Sequence record: SRR31156797_11646
DNA length: 44,541 bases
Reading direction: 5' to 3' (one strand)
The notes below the pieces were generated by a model. That model made no database searches. It worked only from the letters and a program-made list of their open reading frames with translations, and was not told the origin of the DNA. Shown here piece by piece: positions 1 through 12,917 of this stretch; the first letter of the stretch is position 1; each line of letters opens with the position of its first letter. The position numbers were made by a program, and so were the translations under genes.

Positions 1-537
1 ATGAGGCGGAATATTGGTAGCCATACCAACGGCAATACCGGTTGTACCGTTCAACAAAAGGTTCGGTACCTTGGTAGGCAGGACAGATGGCTCCTGCATG
101 GTATTGTCATAGTTAGGATTAAAATCAACAGTCTGTTTCTCAATGTCACCGAGGAACTCACTACACAACTTGGCCATACGTACTTCAGTGTAACGCATGG
201 CAGCCGCGGAGTCGCCGTCAATGGAACCGAAGTTACCCTGACCATCCACCAACATGTCGCGCATAGAGAAGTCCTGGGCCATACGGACCAAGGCATCATA
301 GACTGCGGAGTCACCATGCGGGTGGTATTTACCGATGACGTCACCGACCACACGAGCGGATTTCTTATAGGCACGATTGTGGTAGTTACCCAGATCGTGC
401 ATGGCGAATAAAATACGCCTGTGAACGGGTTTAAGCCCGTCGCGCACGTCCGGGATGGCGCGTCCTATGATAACAGAGAGGGAATACTCAAGATAACTTT
501 TCTTGAGTTCACTTTCGATGGTAATCGTATCACTCAT
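1..537 (-). CDS. gyrA: DNA gyrase subunit A, 5' part (runs off window)
   Basis: Manual translation from ATG at 537: [44 protein letters not shown]...[19 protein letters not shown]; directly follows gyrB. Not in the ORF track because it is open at the edge. Confidence 0.97.
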   Translation of the reverse strand, partial: MSDTITIESELKKSYLEYSLSVIIGRAIPDVRDGLKPVHRRILFAMHDLGNYHNRAYKKSARVVGDVIGKYHPHGDSAVYDALVRMAQDFSMRDMLVDGQGNFGSIDGDSAAAMRYTEVRMAKLCSEFLGDIEKQTVDFNPNYDNTMQEPSVLPTKVPNLLLNGTTGIAVGMATNIPPH

Positions 538-552
538 TCGTTTGCCTCAAAC

Positions 553-2949
<2,397 letters not shown>

Positions 2950-4119
2950 TTATGCGTTTTCCTCTGTGTAGTAAGTCTCTTCCTGGATCATCATGGGCAT
3001 GACGATCACCTGATAGTCTTTGTCGTCCACGCCGGTTAGACCGCAGGGGGCCTCAGTACCGGTCAATGTGAATTTCACGCTATCGGAATTGAAATGGTTC
3101 AGAATCTCAATGAGATTCCTGGTTGGAAAGGCGATACGCTGCATGTCGCCGTTAAACGTGGCATCAATGGATTCCCGCGCAGTTCCTGTTTCCTGCCCCT
3201 GAGCAGAAACCGTTACTTCGGAACCATCAAAGGCAAAATACGCGCACCTGTTTGAATCAGTGTTGAACAGAGCAACACGGGACAGGGCATCGACTAAATC
3301 CAGCCTGTTTACCTCCAGCGTCGATACGGAATCATCTCCCAACTTCGCCAAAAAGTTATTATAATTCGGGTACTGATAGTAGGACAGGGGCAACGTGAAG
3401 GTTTCACGCTTATCACCAGTACGGAAAAACAGTCGCTTGTCAGAGATGGCCAGCTCGATTTCATCAGCGGTCAGCCACTTCTTCAACTCGGTGAGATACT
3501 TCTTCTGGATGAGAATACCATCTTCAGGAAGCATGGCGTAAATATCATCGTTTACGAAGTTGAGCATGGAGAACTGGTGGCCGTTCAAACCGCAGACCTC
3601 GACCTTTTTCTCACCCATGACTTCACGTGGTGCCATATATATACAGGCAATAGCTTCCATGGAATCTTCATCGGAAATGCAAAAGGATATCTTGTCGATG
3701 ATCTCATGCAGGAAATCACCGGACCAGAAGACTGTCCCATTATCAGGGAAACTGGAAAATTTCTGAAACCATTCAGGATCATTCACCGGGAATTTGTATT
3801 TTCTTGCTTTCTGTTCCACCAGGACATTCTGGTTTTCTTCGTCCGTGTGAATAGTCAGTTCTCCCTGACCACTTTTGAGCTGTTTGACCAGATCATAAAA
3901 TGCACGTCCCTGAACACCGGCAAGACCTTCGCCCTCCAAGGCGGCCGGGTAGGATCCCATGAATTCAAGATTGGAGTCCGTGCTCATGATATTCAAATTT
4001 CCATTTTCGCATTGCAACCAGATCGTGCGAAGGAATGCGGCGCCTGTTTTGGCCGGGATAATGTTGGCCGACTTCTGGAGTCCTTCAATGATTTCATCTC
4101 TGTTCACTTTCAGAAACAT
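2950..4119 (-). CDS. dnaN: DNA polymerase III beta sliding clamp
   Basis: 389 aa between dnaA and gyrB; STDSNLE, YPNY and C-terminal VIVMPM motifs. Confidence 0.95.
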   Translation of the reverse strand: MFLKVNRDEIIEGLQKSANIIPAKTGAAFLRTIWLQCENGNLNIMSTDSNLEFMGSYPAALEGEGLAGVQGRAFYDLVKQLKSGQGELTIHTDEENQNVLVEQKARKYKFPVNDPEWFQKFSSFPDNGTVFWSGDFLHEIIDKISFCISDEDSMEAIACIYMAPREVMGEKKVEVCGLNGHQFSMLNFVNDDIYAMLPEDGILIQKKYLTELKKWLTADEIELAISDKRLFFRTGDKRETFTLPLSYYQYPNYNNFLAKLGDDSVSTLEVNRLDLVDALSRVALFNTDSNRCAYFAFDGSEVTVSAQGQETGTARESIDATFNGDMQRIAFPTRNLIEILNHFNSDSVKFTLTGTEAPCGLTGVDDKDYQVIVMPMMIQEETYYTEENA

Positions 4120-4269
4120 AAATAATATCTCCTTTATTGTGATTTATTAGGTCGGTTCCTTTGTTCCTAAGTAGTCTAACATGCGTAAATATTATGTTTT
4201 TTTACGCACACCCACTGTGTCTAATTTGGAACCTTTTTTTCGTAAAATGGTCTTAATTCACGTTTGTCA

Positions 4270-5565
4270 CTACATGCGACATTTATTCTTCAACGTTTTC
4301 AACAGTTGTTTCAATTCGAAATCATCTTCCTGTAATTGTTCAATTTTTTTTACGGAATAAAGAACAGTTGAGTGATCTTTTCCACCAAATGTTCTTCCCA
4401 GAGCCGGATAGGATGTGCTGAGCATCTGACGACAAAGATACATGGCTACCTGTCGGGCCTGAGCAATGTGCTGGTGCCGTTTAGTGCCGATAAGATCTTT
4501 GACGTGGATGTTAAAATGTTCGGAAACCACGTTGAGAATCTTTTTGGGTGTAAGATCATCCGTGGTCTTTTCCTCGGTGTTGGCGAGGATATGTTCAAAG
4601 TCTTTTTGTGAGAGATCCTGTTTGACCAATTCCTTGAAGGCGAACAGCTTGAGCAGAATGCCCTGTAAGTATCGAAAATCCGTGAATCGCTGCGCCAAGG
4701 TCAGAATCTGATCCTTGGTAAGGGTTAGACGTTTTGCACGCGCCTGACGCTGAATATAGCCCACTCTGATTTCCAGATCAGGTTCCTTCAGTGTAACGAT
4801 AAGCCCCCAGCCAAGACGGGATTGCAGATTGTCATCAAGGAAGTCGTAACTGGTCACTTTTTCACGACAAGCCAGTACCATCTGTTTTTTATTGTCGTAA
4901 AAGTGGTTGAAAATATTGACGAGTTCCTGTTGAAAATGTGGATGTTCCTTAATTTTCTGGAAGTCGTCAATAAACAGAAAGTCATATTCGAACAGGTAAT
5001 TTCTGGCTTTGAACGGATCACCTTTGAACCGGATTGAGTATAGAGAATTCAGTTCATCCATGGAGCCCATGAAGACAGTGGAATAGTCGTTCTTCTTGCT
5101 TATTTCATTGCCCACGGACTTGAGAAGGTGAGTTTTACCTGAACCGCCCGGTCCGCAAATAATGAACGGATTGAACAATGAACCGGTCTGCTTGGATACT
5201 TCTTTGGCCGAAGCTATGGGAAAGTAGTTTTTCTTGTTGATCAGAAAAGTGTCAAAGGTGAATTCCTGACCAAATGGGAAGTCGATGCGTTTGACCACAT
5301 CGGCAACCTGTACACCTTTAGATTTGTCGGATGTGTCACTGTCCTTGTAGCTGACGAGATAGCCGTTTCCAAAGAACAGGTTGAGCTGGGCTTCAAACTT
5401 GTCCTGAATGTCCGTTTCGAACCATTTAGCAAAAAAAGCATGCGGAAATCCCACAGTCAGTTTTTTATTTTCCTCGGAATACTCAAATTCCAGAGGGTCA
5501 AACCAACGCTTGAGATCATCATCCGAGCATGTTTGAAGAAGATGTTGGCGAAGAGGCTCTTTCAC
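4270..5565 (-). CDS. dnaA: Chromosomal replication initiator DnaA
   Basis: FTFDTF..N, FNPFIICGPGGSGKTHLL (Walker A), FIDDFQ, SRLGWGL, domain IV RQVAMYL...GGKDHSTVLYS. Confidence 0.96.
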   Translation of the reverse strand: MKEPLRQHLLQTCSDDDLKRWFDPLEFEYSEENKKLTVGFPHAFFAKWFETDIQDKFEAQLNLFFGNGYLVSYKDSDTSDKSKGVQVADVVKRIDFPFGQEFTFDTFLINKKNYFPIASAKEVSKQTGSLFNPFIICGPGGSGKTHLLKSVGNEISKKNDYSTVFMGSMDELNSLYSIRFKGDPFKARNYLFEYDFLFIDDFQKIKEHPHFQQELVNIFNHFYDNKKQMVLACREKVTSYDFLDDNLQSRLGWGLIVTLKEPDLEIRVGYIQRQARAKRLTLTKDQILTLAQRFTDFRYLQGILLKLFAFKELVKQDLSQKDFEHILANTEEKTTDDLTPKKILNVVSEHFNIHVKDLIGTKRHQHIAQARQVAMYLCRQMLSTSYPALGRTFGGKDHSTVLYSVKKIEQLQEDDFELKQLLKTLKNKCRM

Positions 5566-6011
5566 TGTGTGATCTTTTTTTTAAGTGTCTGTTTTTATAA
5601 ACTGAAATTATTATCCGCGAAAAATATGAACGAGAATCAAAAAAAACCCGCGAAATTTCTTAGGATCTATACCTTATAATATACCTAAAGCCAAGCTTTT
5701 CAGCCCGAAATCAGGGGAAAAACAGGCTGTTTTACCCCTGATTTTCGTCCAATATGTCGTACTTGTTGAAAACATGGTTTTTCCATTCCGTATCCTCTTT
5801 GATTTCCCACTCAAAAAACTGTTTTTTTACGCTGTGAAAAATACAGATCAACAACAGTGTTTTCCTTCGGGCGAAATTCGATTACAAGTGGTGAACCAAT
5901 AACCAAGACTCTCCCTGCGGCATATGTCGTGGAGAGGAAAAGTTCAGGAAGGGGGGTCAGGGGTATAATTCCAATCCAAAGTGGTTCCCTGGCCGCCGGA
6001 GGCAATTACGT
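5566..6011. other. Candidate replication origin / divergent promoter region
   Basis: AT-rich region upstream of dnaA; TGTGAAAAA (5833-5841) fits relaxed DnaA box TGTGNAWAA, TGTTGAAAA (5764-5772) has one mismatch; no dense canonical box cluster. Confidence 0.3.
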
Positions 6012-7181
6012 ATGGCACAGTTTGAAGTGAATAAAACAGTCAAAGAGATTAACGAACGAATTCGCAAGGGCAAGGCCGTGGTGGTCAATGCCGAGGAAAT
6101 GATTGCGATCGTGAAAAAGGAAGGCAAGGTTAAGGCGGCCAAGGAAGTGGATGTCGTCACTACTGGAACCTTCTCGCCTATGTGTTCGTCCGGCCTGCTT
6201 TTTAATATAGGGCAGCAACCGCCGGTAATGAAAGTTTCCAAGCTTTGGTTAAATAACGTCCTCTGCTATTCAGGCATTGCCGCTGTAGACGCGTATTTGG
6301 GGGCTACAGAGGCTTCCGAAGACGATCCCCTTAACAAGGTTCATCCGGGTCGCTTTGCGTACGGTGGAGCGCATGTCATGGAAGATTTGCTTCGTGGCAA
6401 AGCCGTGCATTTGCGAGCGGAGTCCTATGGCACCGATTGTTATCCGCGCCGTGAACTTGATAAGGATGTGACCCTGGCTGATCTGCCGAACGCAGTCATG
6501 CTCAATCCGCGCAACTGCTATCAGAATTACAATGCGGCCGTGAACCTGACCAGCCGTACCATTTATACGTACATGGGACCGCTCAAATCGAATTGTTCCA
6601 ATGCAAACTTTGCCACTTCCGGTCATTTGTCACCACTGTTCAACGATCCGTATTACCGGACCATTGGCATGGGGACACGGATATTCCTTGGTGGCGGTGT
6701 TGGGTATGTCATTGGCGAAGGCACCCAGCATGTGCAAAAGCCAAAACGAAATGATCGCGGATTGCCGGAAAATCCGTCGGGTACTTTGATGCTCAAGGGT
6801 GACTTTAAACAGATGGATGCCCGGTATGTGCGCGCTCAATCACTCATCGGTTATGGCGTATCATTGGCAGTCGGTGTAGGTATTCCCATTCCGATTCTTA
6901 ACGAAGAAATGGCTTGGTTTACCGGTGTGTCCGATGCGGATATTACCATGCCGGTCAAAGACTATGGGTATGATTATCCCAACGGTATTCCCCGTGAATT
7001 GGCCCGTGTCACCTTCGAGCAATTGCGCAGCGGTGAGATTGAAGTCAACGGCAAGGCCACCGCTACCGTGCCTGTTACGAGCTACACCATGTCTCTGGAA
7101 GTAGCTAACAAACTCAAGGATTGGATCGAAAAGGGCGAGTTCCTGCTTTCCGAAAAAGTAGACGACATTCCTAGCTTCTAA
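6012..7181 (+). CDS. Homocysteine biosynthesis protein (DUF39, aspartate-semialdehyde sulfurtransferase family)
   Basis: KTVKEINERI, VDVVTTGTFSPMCSSG, YGTDCYPR, NPRNCYQNY, SPLFNDP motifs; no CBS domains. Confidence 0.88.
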   Translation: MAQFEVNKTVKEINERIRKGKAVVVNAEEMIAIVKKEGKVKAAKEVDVVTTGTFSPMCSSGLLFNIGQQPPVMKVSKLWLNNVLCYSGIAAVDAYLGATEASEDDPLNKVHPGRFAYGGAHVMEDLLRGKAVHLRAESYGTDCYPRRELDKDVTLADLPNAVMLNPRNCYQNYNAAVNLTSRTIYTYMGPLKSNCSNANFATSGHLSPLFNDPYYRTIGMGTRIFLGGGVGYVIGEGTQHVQKPKRNDRGLPENPSGTLMLKGDFKQMDARYVRAQSLIGYGVSLAVGVGIPIPILNEEMAWFTGVSDADITMPVKDYGYDYPNGIPRELARVTFEQLRSGEIEVNGKATATVPVTSYTMSLEVANKLKDWIEKGEFLLSEKVDDIPSF

Positions 7182-7200
7182 CCAACCAGATATACAACGA

Positions 7201-7236
7201 CAAAAGGCCTGCTGAGAAAATTCGGCAGGCCTTTTG
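7201..7236. terminator. Intrinsic terminator, probably bidirectional
   Basis: CAAAAGGCCTGCTGA-loop-TCGGCAGGCCTTTTG hairpin between convergent genes. Confidence 0.8.
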
Positions 7237-7338
7237 TGTGCTTTTTATGGAGCCTTTGTATGGCTATAAAAATTATATTAGAAATAAAATTTTGCGAAGC
7301 ACAAAAAAATTGAGGAAAAGGAAAGGCTGGGGGTATTC

Positions 7339-8214
7339 CTACCTCACTGCGACCCAACTTGAACAGATGGATACAAGCGTAACGGCTCCGGCCAGTATCA
7401 TGACTTGATTTATAGGCAGAAATTGAATTTCAAACAGGAACGGTGGAAAATTGAAAACTTCAGCAATGAACGAATGAACCACAGCCAATAGACCGATACC
7501 TGCCCCTGATCCAATAATTCCCTGAATGAACCCGCCAGTGAGCAACGGCCAGCGAATATACGCAGGTTTTGCACCTACCAACGACAGAATCTCAACTTCA
7601 TCCATGCGTGTGAGTAATGAAAGCTTGATTGTGTTGTGCACAACGAGCGAGACGATTAAGCCGAGAAAGCCGAGTACTGGCCAGATGACAGCATGTGACA
7701 TGGTCCGCCAACTTTGAGCGAGATCAGCCTGAAATGGCGTGTAATTGACTTTCGCAACAGCGGGCAGGGAGTTGAGTTGAGTGAGCAGTTTTTCAGCCCA
7801 TCCATTGTTCTGCGCATCTGGGGGAACGGCGTATGAAGCCAGACCGGAATAAGGCAGAGGATTATTATCTGCCAACCAGGAAAAATCGCCGGTTTCGCCA
7901 AGGGTCGTCGCGAGTTCGGTCAAGGCACTTTGAGGAGTGAAAGTTTTAAACACCATCAGGTGTTCCATGGATTTGATGACATTCCAGTCTTCAAGCACGG
8001 CTTCGACCTTGGCGTCTGTTTTCCAGTATATTTGAAATTCTACTTGTCCCCGGGATTTCAGGAGTTCGAGATTGATGTTGTGCAACCCGATGAGGATCAG
8101 ACCGGTGAGCAATGTGACCATGGCCACGGCCACCAGAGTAAGTAATTGGGCAAATGGATGGAGTCGAAGATCGGCAATGCCACGGCCTGTGAGGCGAAGA
8201 AATTGGGCGATCAT
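7339..8214 (-). CDS. ftsX: Cell division permease FtsX
   Basis: 4-TM topology, NPLP motif, NTIKLSLLTRMDEVEILSLVGA; overlaps ftsE stop. Confidence 0.92.
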   Translation of the reverse strand: MIAQFLRLTGRGIADLRLHPFAQLLTLVAVAMVTLLTGLILIGLHNINLELLKSRGQVEFQIYWKTDAKVEAVLEDWNVIKSMEHLMVFKTFTPQSALTELATTLGETGDFSWLADNNPLPYSGLASYAVPPDAQNNGWAEKLLTQLNSLPAVAKVNYTPFQADLAQSWRTMSHAVIWPVLGFLGLIVSLVVHNTIKLSLLTRMDEVEILSLVGAKPAYIRWPLLTGGFIQGIIGSGAGIGLLAVVHSFIAEVFNFPPFLFEIQFLPINQVMILAGAVTLVSICSSWVAVR

Positions 8215-8924
8215 AATTTCACTCCGCCAAAGGCACTTTCTTTTTCTTCATGGGGAGCAGAACCGTTGACCTTTGTGATGCGTCCGTCTTCAAGGTGAAG
8301 AATCGTCGCATTGGGGACACATTGCAGTACTTCACGACTATGGGTCGCCATGATGACCGAAGTACCGTAGGTATGAAACTGTTTGAAAATTTCCATCAAG
8401 TGCATAGTCAGATCAACGTCAAGATTTCCGGTGGGTTCGTCGGCCAGAATCAGTTCGGGGTTGGCGACCATGGACCGGGCAATGGCAACACGTTGCTGTT
8501 CACCACCGGACAATCGTTCACAGGTGGAATAACTTTTTGTTTCCAGTCCCATGGCACGAATGATGGCGCGAACTCGGCGTTCAAGGTGCGTGCGCGGCAT
8601 ACCGCGGACTTCCAGCGCCATGGCCACGTTGTCGAAGACAGTGTGTGTGGGTAAAATTTTGAAATCCTGAAAGACTACACCGACTTTGCGGCGTAGTTGT
8701 GGGATATGTCGTTTTTTCAAATTATTAAGTTGAAAACCTGCGACGGATGCACGGCCTCTCCGCATGGGAAGGGCGCCATAGAGCAGTCGTAACAGGGTAG
8801 TCTTGCCCGCCCCGGAATGACCGGTCAGAAAAAGGAATTCACCTTTGCCCAGTGAGAACGAGATATCCTTGAGCGCCCAATAGGCCCCGAAGTTGTATGA
8901 GAGATGTTCGACATTGACCATCAT
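8211..8924 (-). CDS. ftsE: Cell division ATP-binding protein FtsE
   Basis: [50 protein letters not shown]. Confidence 0.94.
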   Translation of the reverse strand: MMVNVEHLSYNFGAYWALKDISFSLGKGEFLFLTGHSGAGKTTLLRLLYGALPMRRGRASVAGFQLNNLKKRHIPQLRRKVGVVFQDFKILPTHTVFDNVAMALEVRGMPRTHLERRVRAIIRAMGLETKSYSTCERLSGGEQQRVAIARSMVANPELILADEPTGNLDVDLTMHLMEIFKQFHTYGTSVIMATHSREVLQCVPNATILHLEDGRITKVNGSAPHEEKESAFGGVKL

Positions 8925-8989
8925 GCAGCTCTATGTACCCGTCCCTACAGTTTTTGTACAGCCTGTGCAGATCATGGCGTGTTACTTAA

Positions 8990-9757
8990 TCATGATGTCT
9001 CAAGGACAGCATGCATTACATCCTGACATGTGTCTTCGTCAGGGACAAATGCGGTTTCACCGATGGCGACCACAGGCCGCATGCCGACGATGGAGTTGAG
9101 AATATATGCATGTCGGAATGAATGCAGTTCGTCCAAAGGCAAACGGACAGGAATAATATCGAGAGTTTGCGAAGCTATGGCGAGGGCGGTTGAAGGAAGC
9201 CTGTAAGGAGAGTCTACGCTAACGAATGAACCTTCCTTTTTGAGTACAAGTGCACCAGTGGTGGCTTCAAGAAGATTGTCCTCAAGGTCGAACAGGGCGG
9301 CATCGTCAAAACCACGAGCCTTGGCCTGTTGCATGGCCAGATGAAAAAACATGTAGCTGGTGGTTTTGTGTGCGTTGAGTGTGGATACGTGATGGTCTTT
9401 GCAGACGCAGAGCCTATATGCCTTGTATGGCTTCGGGTCGTGAGCTACAGCGGTGATGACAGGGGATGCGCCGTTGGTTTCCATGGGGTAGAAAATGTTG
9501 ACCCGCGCAGTTTGACCAGTCAATCCATTGCGGTTGATAACTTGTTCGATAACCTCCTCGAAATCCGTAGTTTCATATTTCACGCCAAAAGATCGGAGTG
9601 AATAGAGAATTCGGTCGAGATGCTGGTCGAGATGGCAGATGTTTCGGCCATTGTAGTAAATGGTTTCGAAAAATCCTGCGCCATATCGGAACGCCGGAGC
9701 ACTCGGGTCAAGGCTGACAGTTCCGAGCGTGAAGGTGTTGTTGTAATAGTGGATCAT
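8990..9757 (-). CDS. pabC: Class IV aminotransferase, probable aminodeoxychorismate lyase
   Basis: FRYGAGFFET, HLDR, HKTTSY (PLP lysine), LLEATT; operon with pabA/pabB. Confidence 0.78.
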   Translation of the reverse strand: MIHYYNNTFTLGTVSLDPSAPAFRYGAGFFETIYYNGRNICHLDQHLDRILYSLRSFGVKYETTDFEEVIEQVINRNGLTGQTARVNIFYPMETNGASPVITAVAHDPKPYKAYRLCVCKDHHVSTLNAHKTTSYMFFHLAMQQAKARGFDDAALFDLEDNLLEATTGALVLKKEGSFVSVDSPYRLPSTALAIASQTLDIIPVRLPLDELHSFRHAYILNSIVGMRPVVAIGETAFVPDEDTCQDVMHAVLETS

Positions 9758-11028
9758 GATTCTCCCAGCACAAGAAATTTTTCAGCTTTGGCCATTGTCT
9801 CTTGATACTCTCTCACGGGGTCCGAGTCTACAACGATACCGCTTCCGACATACGAGTCGAGCATGTGTGTTTCCATGTCGAATGTTGCGGTACGGATAAC
9901 AATGGATGAATCCATGTTTCGTTCGTCTTCAATGAACACGACCGAGCCGCAATAGACACCCCGGCTGTGTGGCTCCAGTTGCTCTATGATCTCCATGGAA
10001 CTTTTTTTTGGGCACCCGGTAATGGAGCCTCCTGGAAAGGCGTCAAGAAAGAGATCAAGACAATCCTTGTCGGTGCGCAGGGTGCCATGAACGTCGGCAT
10101 ACATCTGGAGAAGATTATCCACTGCAAACACGGATTTATGTTTTTTTACAAGCACTGAACCATAGTCACAATTGGCAGAAATATCGTTGCGCACAAGATC
10201 AACAATCATGGAAAGTTCCGCAGATTCTTTGGGAGAATCCGTTAATTGTCGATGTGCGTCAGGTGTAAGAATATCGAAACGAAGCGTGCCTTTGATGGGT
10301 TGGGATAAGACCTTCCCATCTCGTACAGCCAGGAATCGTTCTGGTGATGTAGATAATATGCGTTTTTGACCGCTGATAAGCCATGCGTAAAACGGAGCAG
10401 GATGCTTACGGCGCAAGGTTATGAAAAGAGCGAGTGGATCGAGTTCTGGACAATGCCATGAAAGACGTGTGGTCAGATTTAACTGATACGTATGACCGGA
10501 CCGGATATATTCCAGAGTTTGACGGACACCATCTTCATATCCAGCCTTGTCGAGAGATGCTTTCATCCCGGAAAGTGGCTGTTCGTAATCGATCTGCGTT
10601 TTATTTTCAGCTCTCATGTTTTCCAGCATTTTTGTGAGCGTGTCGATCAATGTTTGATGACTGGATGAAAACGTCACTTTTCCATTTTCAAAGGAAACAA
10701 GGGCTTCATATTTTTTAAGATGACCGAGGGGAAAGTCATATGGCTTGGAAGAGGCGATGCCTCGCAACATCATGCCGTAGGTATAACTGATGAAACCAAG
10801 GGCAGGGCCAAGCGAATCAAAACAGAATATTTTGAGCTGTTCCGGCGTTGTCACTTCCGTGATAATGAGTTCCGCCATAGGATGTACACCGACAACTGAG
10901 CGAGTTTGCGCGGGATACCCATCGGCTGACAAAATCATTTCAGCGTCAAGATCACGGGCCAATAATCCTGCAAATCTATCAAATTGTGCTTGATTAATTG
11001 AGGCCGAGAAAGTGCAGGGCAAATGCAA
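9754..11028 (-). CDS. pabB: Aminodeoxychorismate synthase component I (chorismate-binding)
   Basis: YQLNL, SPERF, PIKGT (PabB-type lysine), MIVDLVRND, FPGGSITGCPK. Confidence 0.85.
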   Translation of the reverse strand: MHLPCTFSASINQAQFDRFAGLLARDLDAEMILSADGYPAQTRSVVGVHPMAELIITEVTTPEQLKIFCFDSLGPALGFISYTYGMMLRGIASSKPYDFPLGHLKKYEALVSFENGKVTFSSSHQTLIDTLTKMLENMRAENKTQIDYEQPLSGMKASLDKAGYEDGVRQTLEYIRSGHTYQLNLTTRLSWHCPELDPLALFITLRRKHPAPFYAWLISGQKRILSTSPERFLAVRDGKVLSQPIKGTLRFDILTPDAHRQLTDSPKESAELSMIVDLVRNDISANCDYGSVLVKKHKSVFAVDNLLQMYADVHGTLRTDKDCLDLFLDAFPGGSITGCPKKSSMEIIEQLEPHSRGVYCGSVVFIEDERNMDSSIVIRTATFDMETHMLDSYVGSGIVVDSDPVREYQETMAKAEKFLVLGES

Positions 11029-11533
11029 TGTACCAGCCTCCGTCCGGTGTCATGAATGACTCGGGATGAAATTGATAACCGAGAAGTCGTTTTTCAGCAT
11101 TGCCGAGACACATGACTATCTCGTCCCGGTTCACAGCCAATACATCCAACGTATTGCCAACCTTTGTCACCTTGAGGGAATGATACCGAGCCACTACACG
11201 TTTCGTACCATCAAATTCAATCAAATCGGTTTTTCCGTGTACACAGCCATCCAACCGACCGGTGGACCCACCGTGCAATTCATTGATGATTTGCATGCCA
11301 AGACAAATTCCCAACACTGGCTTGTCAGCATTGAATATCCGTTCATAGCCGGGATACTCGGCAGGTTCTCCCGGTCCCGGTGAAATAATGATGAGATCAT
11401 ACGCCGAATACTCGAGCGAATCTAACAATGAATATGGCTTGATATCAACAACGCAGCTATCCACCGTCGAAACAATCAAATGCTCAAGGTTTCGAGTAAA
11501 ACTGTCATTGTTATCTATTAGAAGGATATTCAT
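10994..11533 (-). CDS. pabA: Glutamine amidotransferase component II
   Basis: MNILLIDNNDSFTRNL, ISPGPG, LGICLGMQ, RYHSL, QFHPES; start moved to ATG 11533. Confidence 0.85.
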   Translation of the reverse strand: MNILLIDNNDSFTRNLEHLIVSTVDSCVVDIKPYSLLDSLEYSAYDLIIISPGPGEPAEYPGYERIFNADKPVLGICLGMQIINELHGGSTGRLDGCVHGKTDLIEFDGTKRVVARYHSLKVTKVGNTLDVLAVNRDEIVMCLGNAEKRLLGYQFHPESFMTPDGGWYIAFALHFLGLN

Positions 11534-11603
11534 GCTCACATCTACCCACATTCACGAAGCGACTCAAAAGTTGAGAAAAAGAGAGGGGTGGGAGGGGCTG
11601 AGT

Positions 11604-12560
11604 CTATATTTTATCCTTCACCTGACGGAAATATTCCTGAAGGAATTGAGAAGAGGCTTCTGCTCCATTCACATCGAGTCGTTCAAGGAGCACCACCAAA
11701 TTTCCTCTGGGTGTGGTGGTAGAGGAGAAGTAAAGAGCTTGCGATTCACCATTGGGAGAAGTTAGGACAAATATCCAGATATCGCCGTCACGATACCAGT
11801 ATGTATTTGAGATACCGGATTCTTCAGCCTCACGAGCCAGAATTTCCACAAAACCGGATAAAGGGAGTCTTCCGGGGACGCCGAGAAATTCATCCTGTTC
11901 ATTCTTGATGACTATAGGGGTGTTCAGAAAAGCATCTGATGGCCTTTCAAGCTCAGTAGGCTTTTCAAGGGCGTAAGATTTAACCTCACCTTCCGGGCTG
12001 CGGACATTAACTATTTTTCGTGCGCGAACTTTTGTTTCAGGCTCGACTTTTGGAGCAACGGTTTTTTCGGGTGCGGTTTCCTGTTTATCAAGGAGGCGTT
12101 CAGAGGATTCTTTGTTGCGCGATTCAAGCTCAAGAAGTTTTTCCAAAACAGATTCAACCTTGCGCAACCGCTGCTCTGCTTTGGCCTGTGCCGTGGCTAG
12201 ACCAGCCATGCCCTGCATCATTTGTCCTGCAGTAGCGAAGAATTTTTCCATGTATTCCTGCGACACTCCAGCAGGTGCTGTAACTGGCTGGCTTGTGGCC
12301 TGAGCGCGGCGCGGGCGAGTAACAGGAGCTTCCTTGAAGTTTTCCTTTAAGACTTTGTGTGTTTCTTCAACAGACATGCCTTTGGCAAAACAATCGCGGA
12401 TCTTGAGACAGACGTCACCAGCTTCACTTTTGAAACGGATAGGCTTGCCCCGGGTCAATACGGGGATGAATCCCTGAAATTTTCGGCGGTAACTTTTGAT
12501 AGTGGTCTCTGACACGCCGCAGAGTTTGGCGAGGTCTTTATGCGTATAGGTATCTGCCAT
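11604..12560 (-). CDS. MerR-like HTH protein with coiled coil and unknown C-terminal domain
   Basis: YTHKDLAKLCGVSETTIKSYRRKF helix-turn-helix; central QAKAEQRLRKVESVLEKLLELE coiled coil. Confidence 0.7.
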   Translation of the reverse strand: MADTYTHKDLAKLCGVSETTIKSYRRKFQGFIPVLTRGKPIRFKSEAGDVCLKIRDCFAKGMSVEETHKVLKENFKEAPVTRPRRAQATSQPVTAPAGVSQEYMEKFFATAGQMMQGMAGLATAQAKAEQRLRKVESVLEKLLELESRNKESSERLLDKQETAPEKTVAPKVEPETKVRARKIVNVRSPEGEVKSYALEKPTELERPSDAFLNTPIVIKNEQDEFLGVPGRLPLSGFVEILAREAEESGISNTYWYRDGDIWIFVLTSPNGESQALYFSSTTTPRGNLVVLLERLDVNGAEASSQFLQEYFRQVKDKI

Positions 12561-12917
12561 GATATTTACTCATTCTGGGTTGTATGGGGACTGTATTTCT
12601 GGTGGTCAGACTGAGTCGTCGGGGCCTGGATCTGAGACGTGTATCCCAGATGCAGGAAATAGTGCTTTGTCTGCCCTTCAATGCGTGATTAAGCGTATTC
12701 TTTTTACCAAGCCTGACAACGACCTTTTGGGGTATGGAACCAAATGAAAGTCGGATCATCTGCCCTCCGTGTGTCAAATCGTCACCAATCGTCACCCTTG
12801 AAAAATATGAAAAAGTGAACAACGAAACTTATCGATCTTTTATCTAGAATTTATCTAGACGTCAAGAGTCGGATCAGCGTTTCGCTTGATAAAAGGAGGC
12901 AGAAAGTCGTGGTGTGA

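Noticed and set aside
1-411. Plus-strand 136-aa ORF and other ORFs overlapping gyrA/gyrB
   Set aside because: Antisense shadows of conserved genes.
5905-6011. SAM riboswitch upstream of the homocysteine gene
   Set aside because: A hairpin exists near 5910-5937 but the SAM-I conserved core and a terminator are not recognisable.
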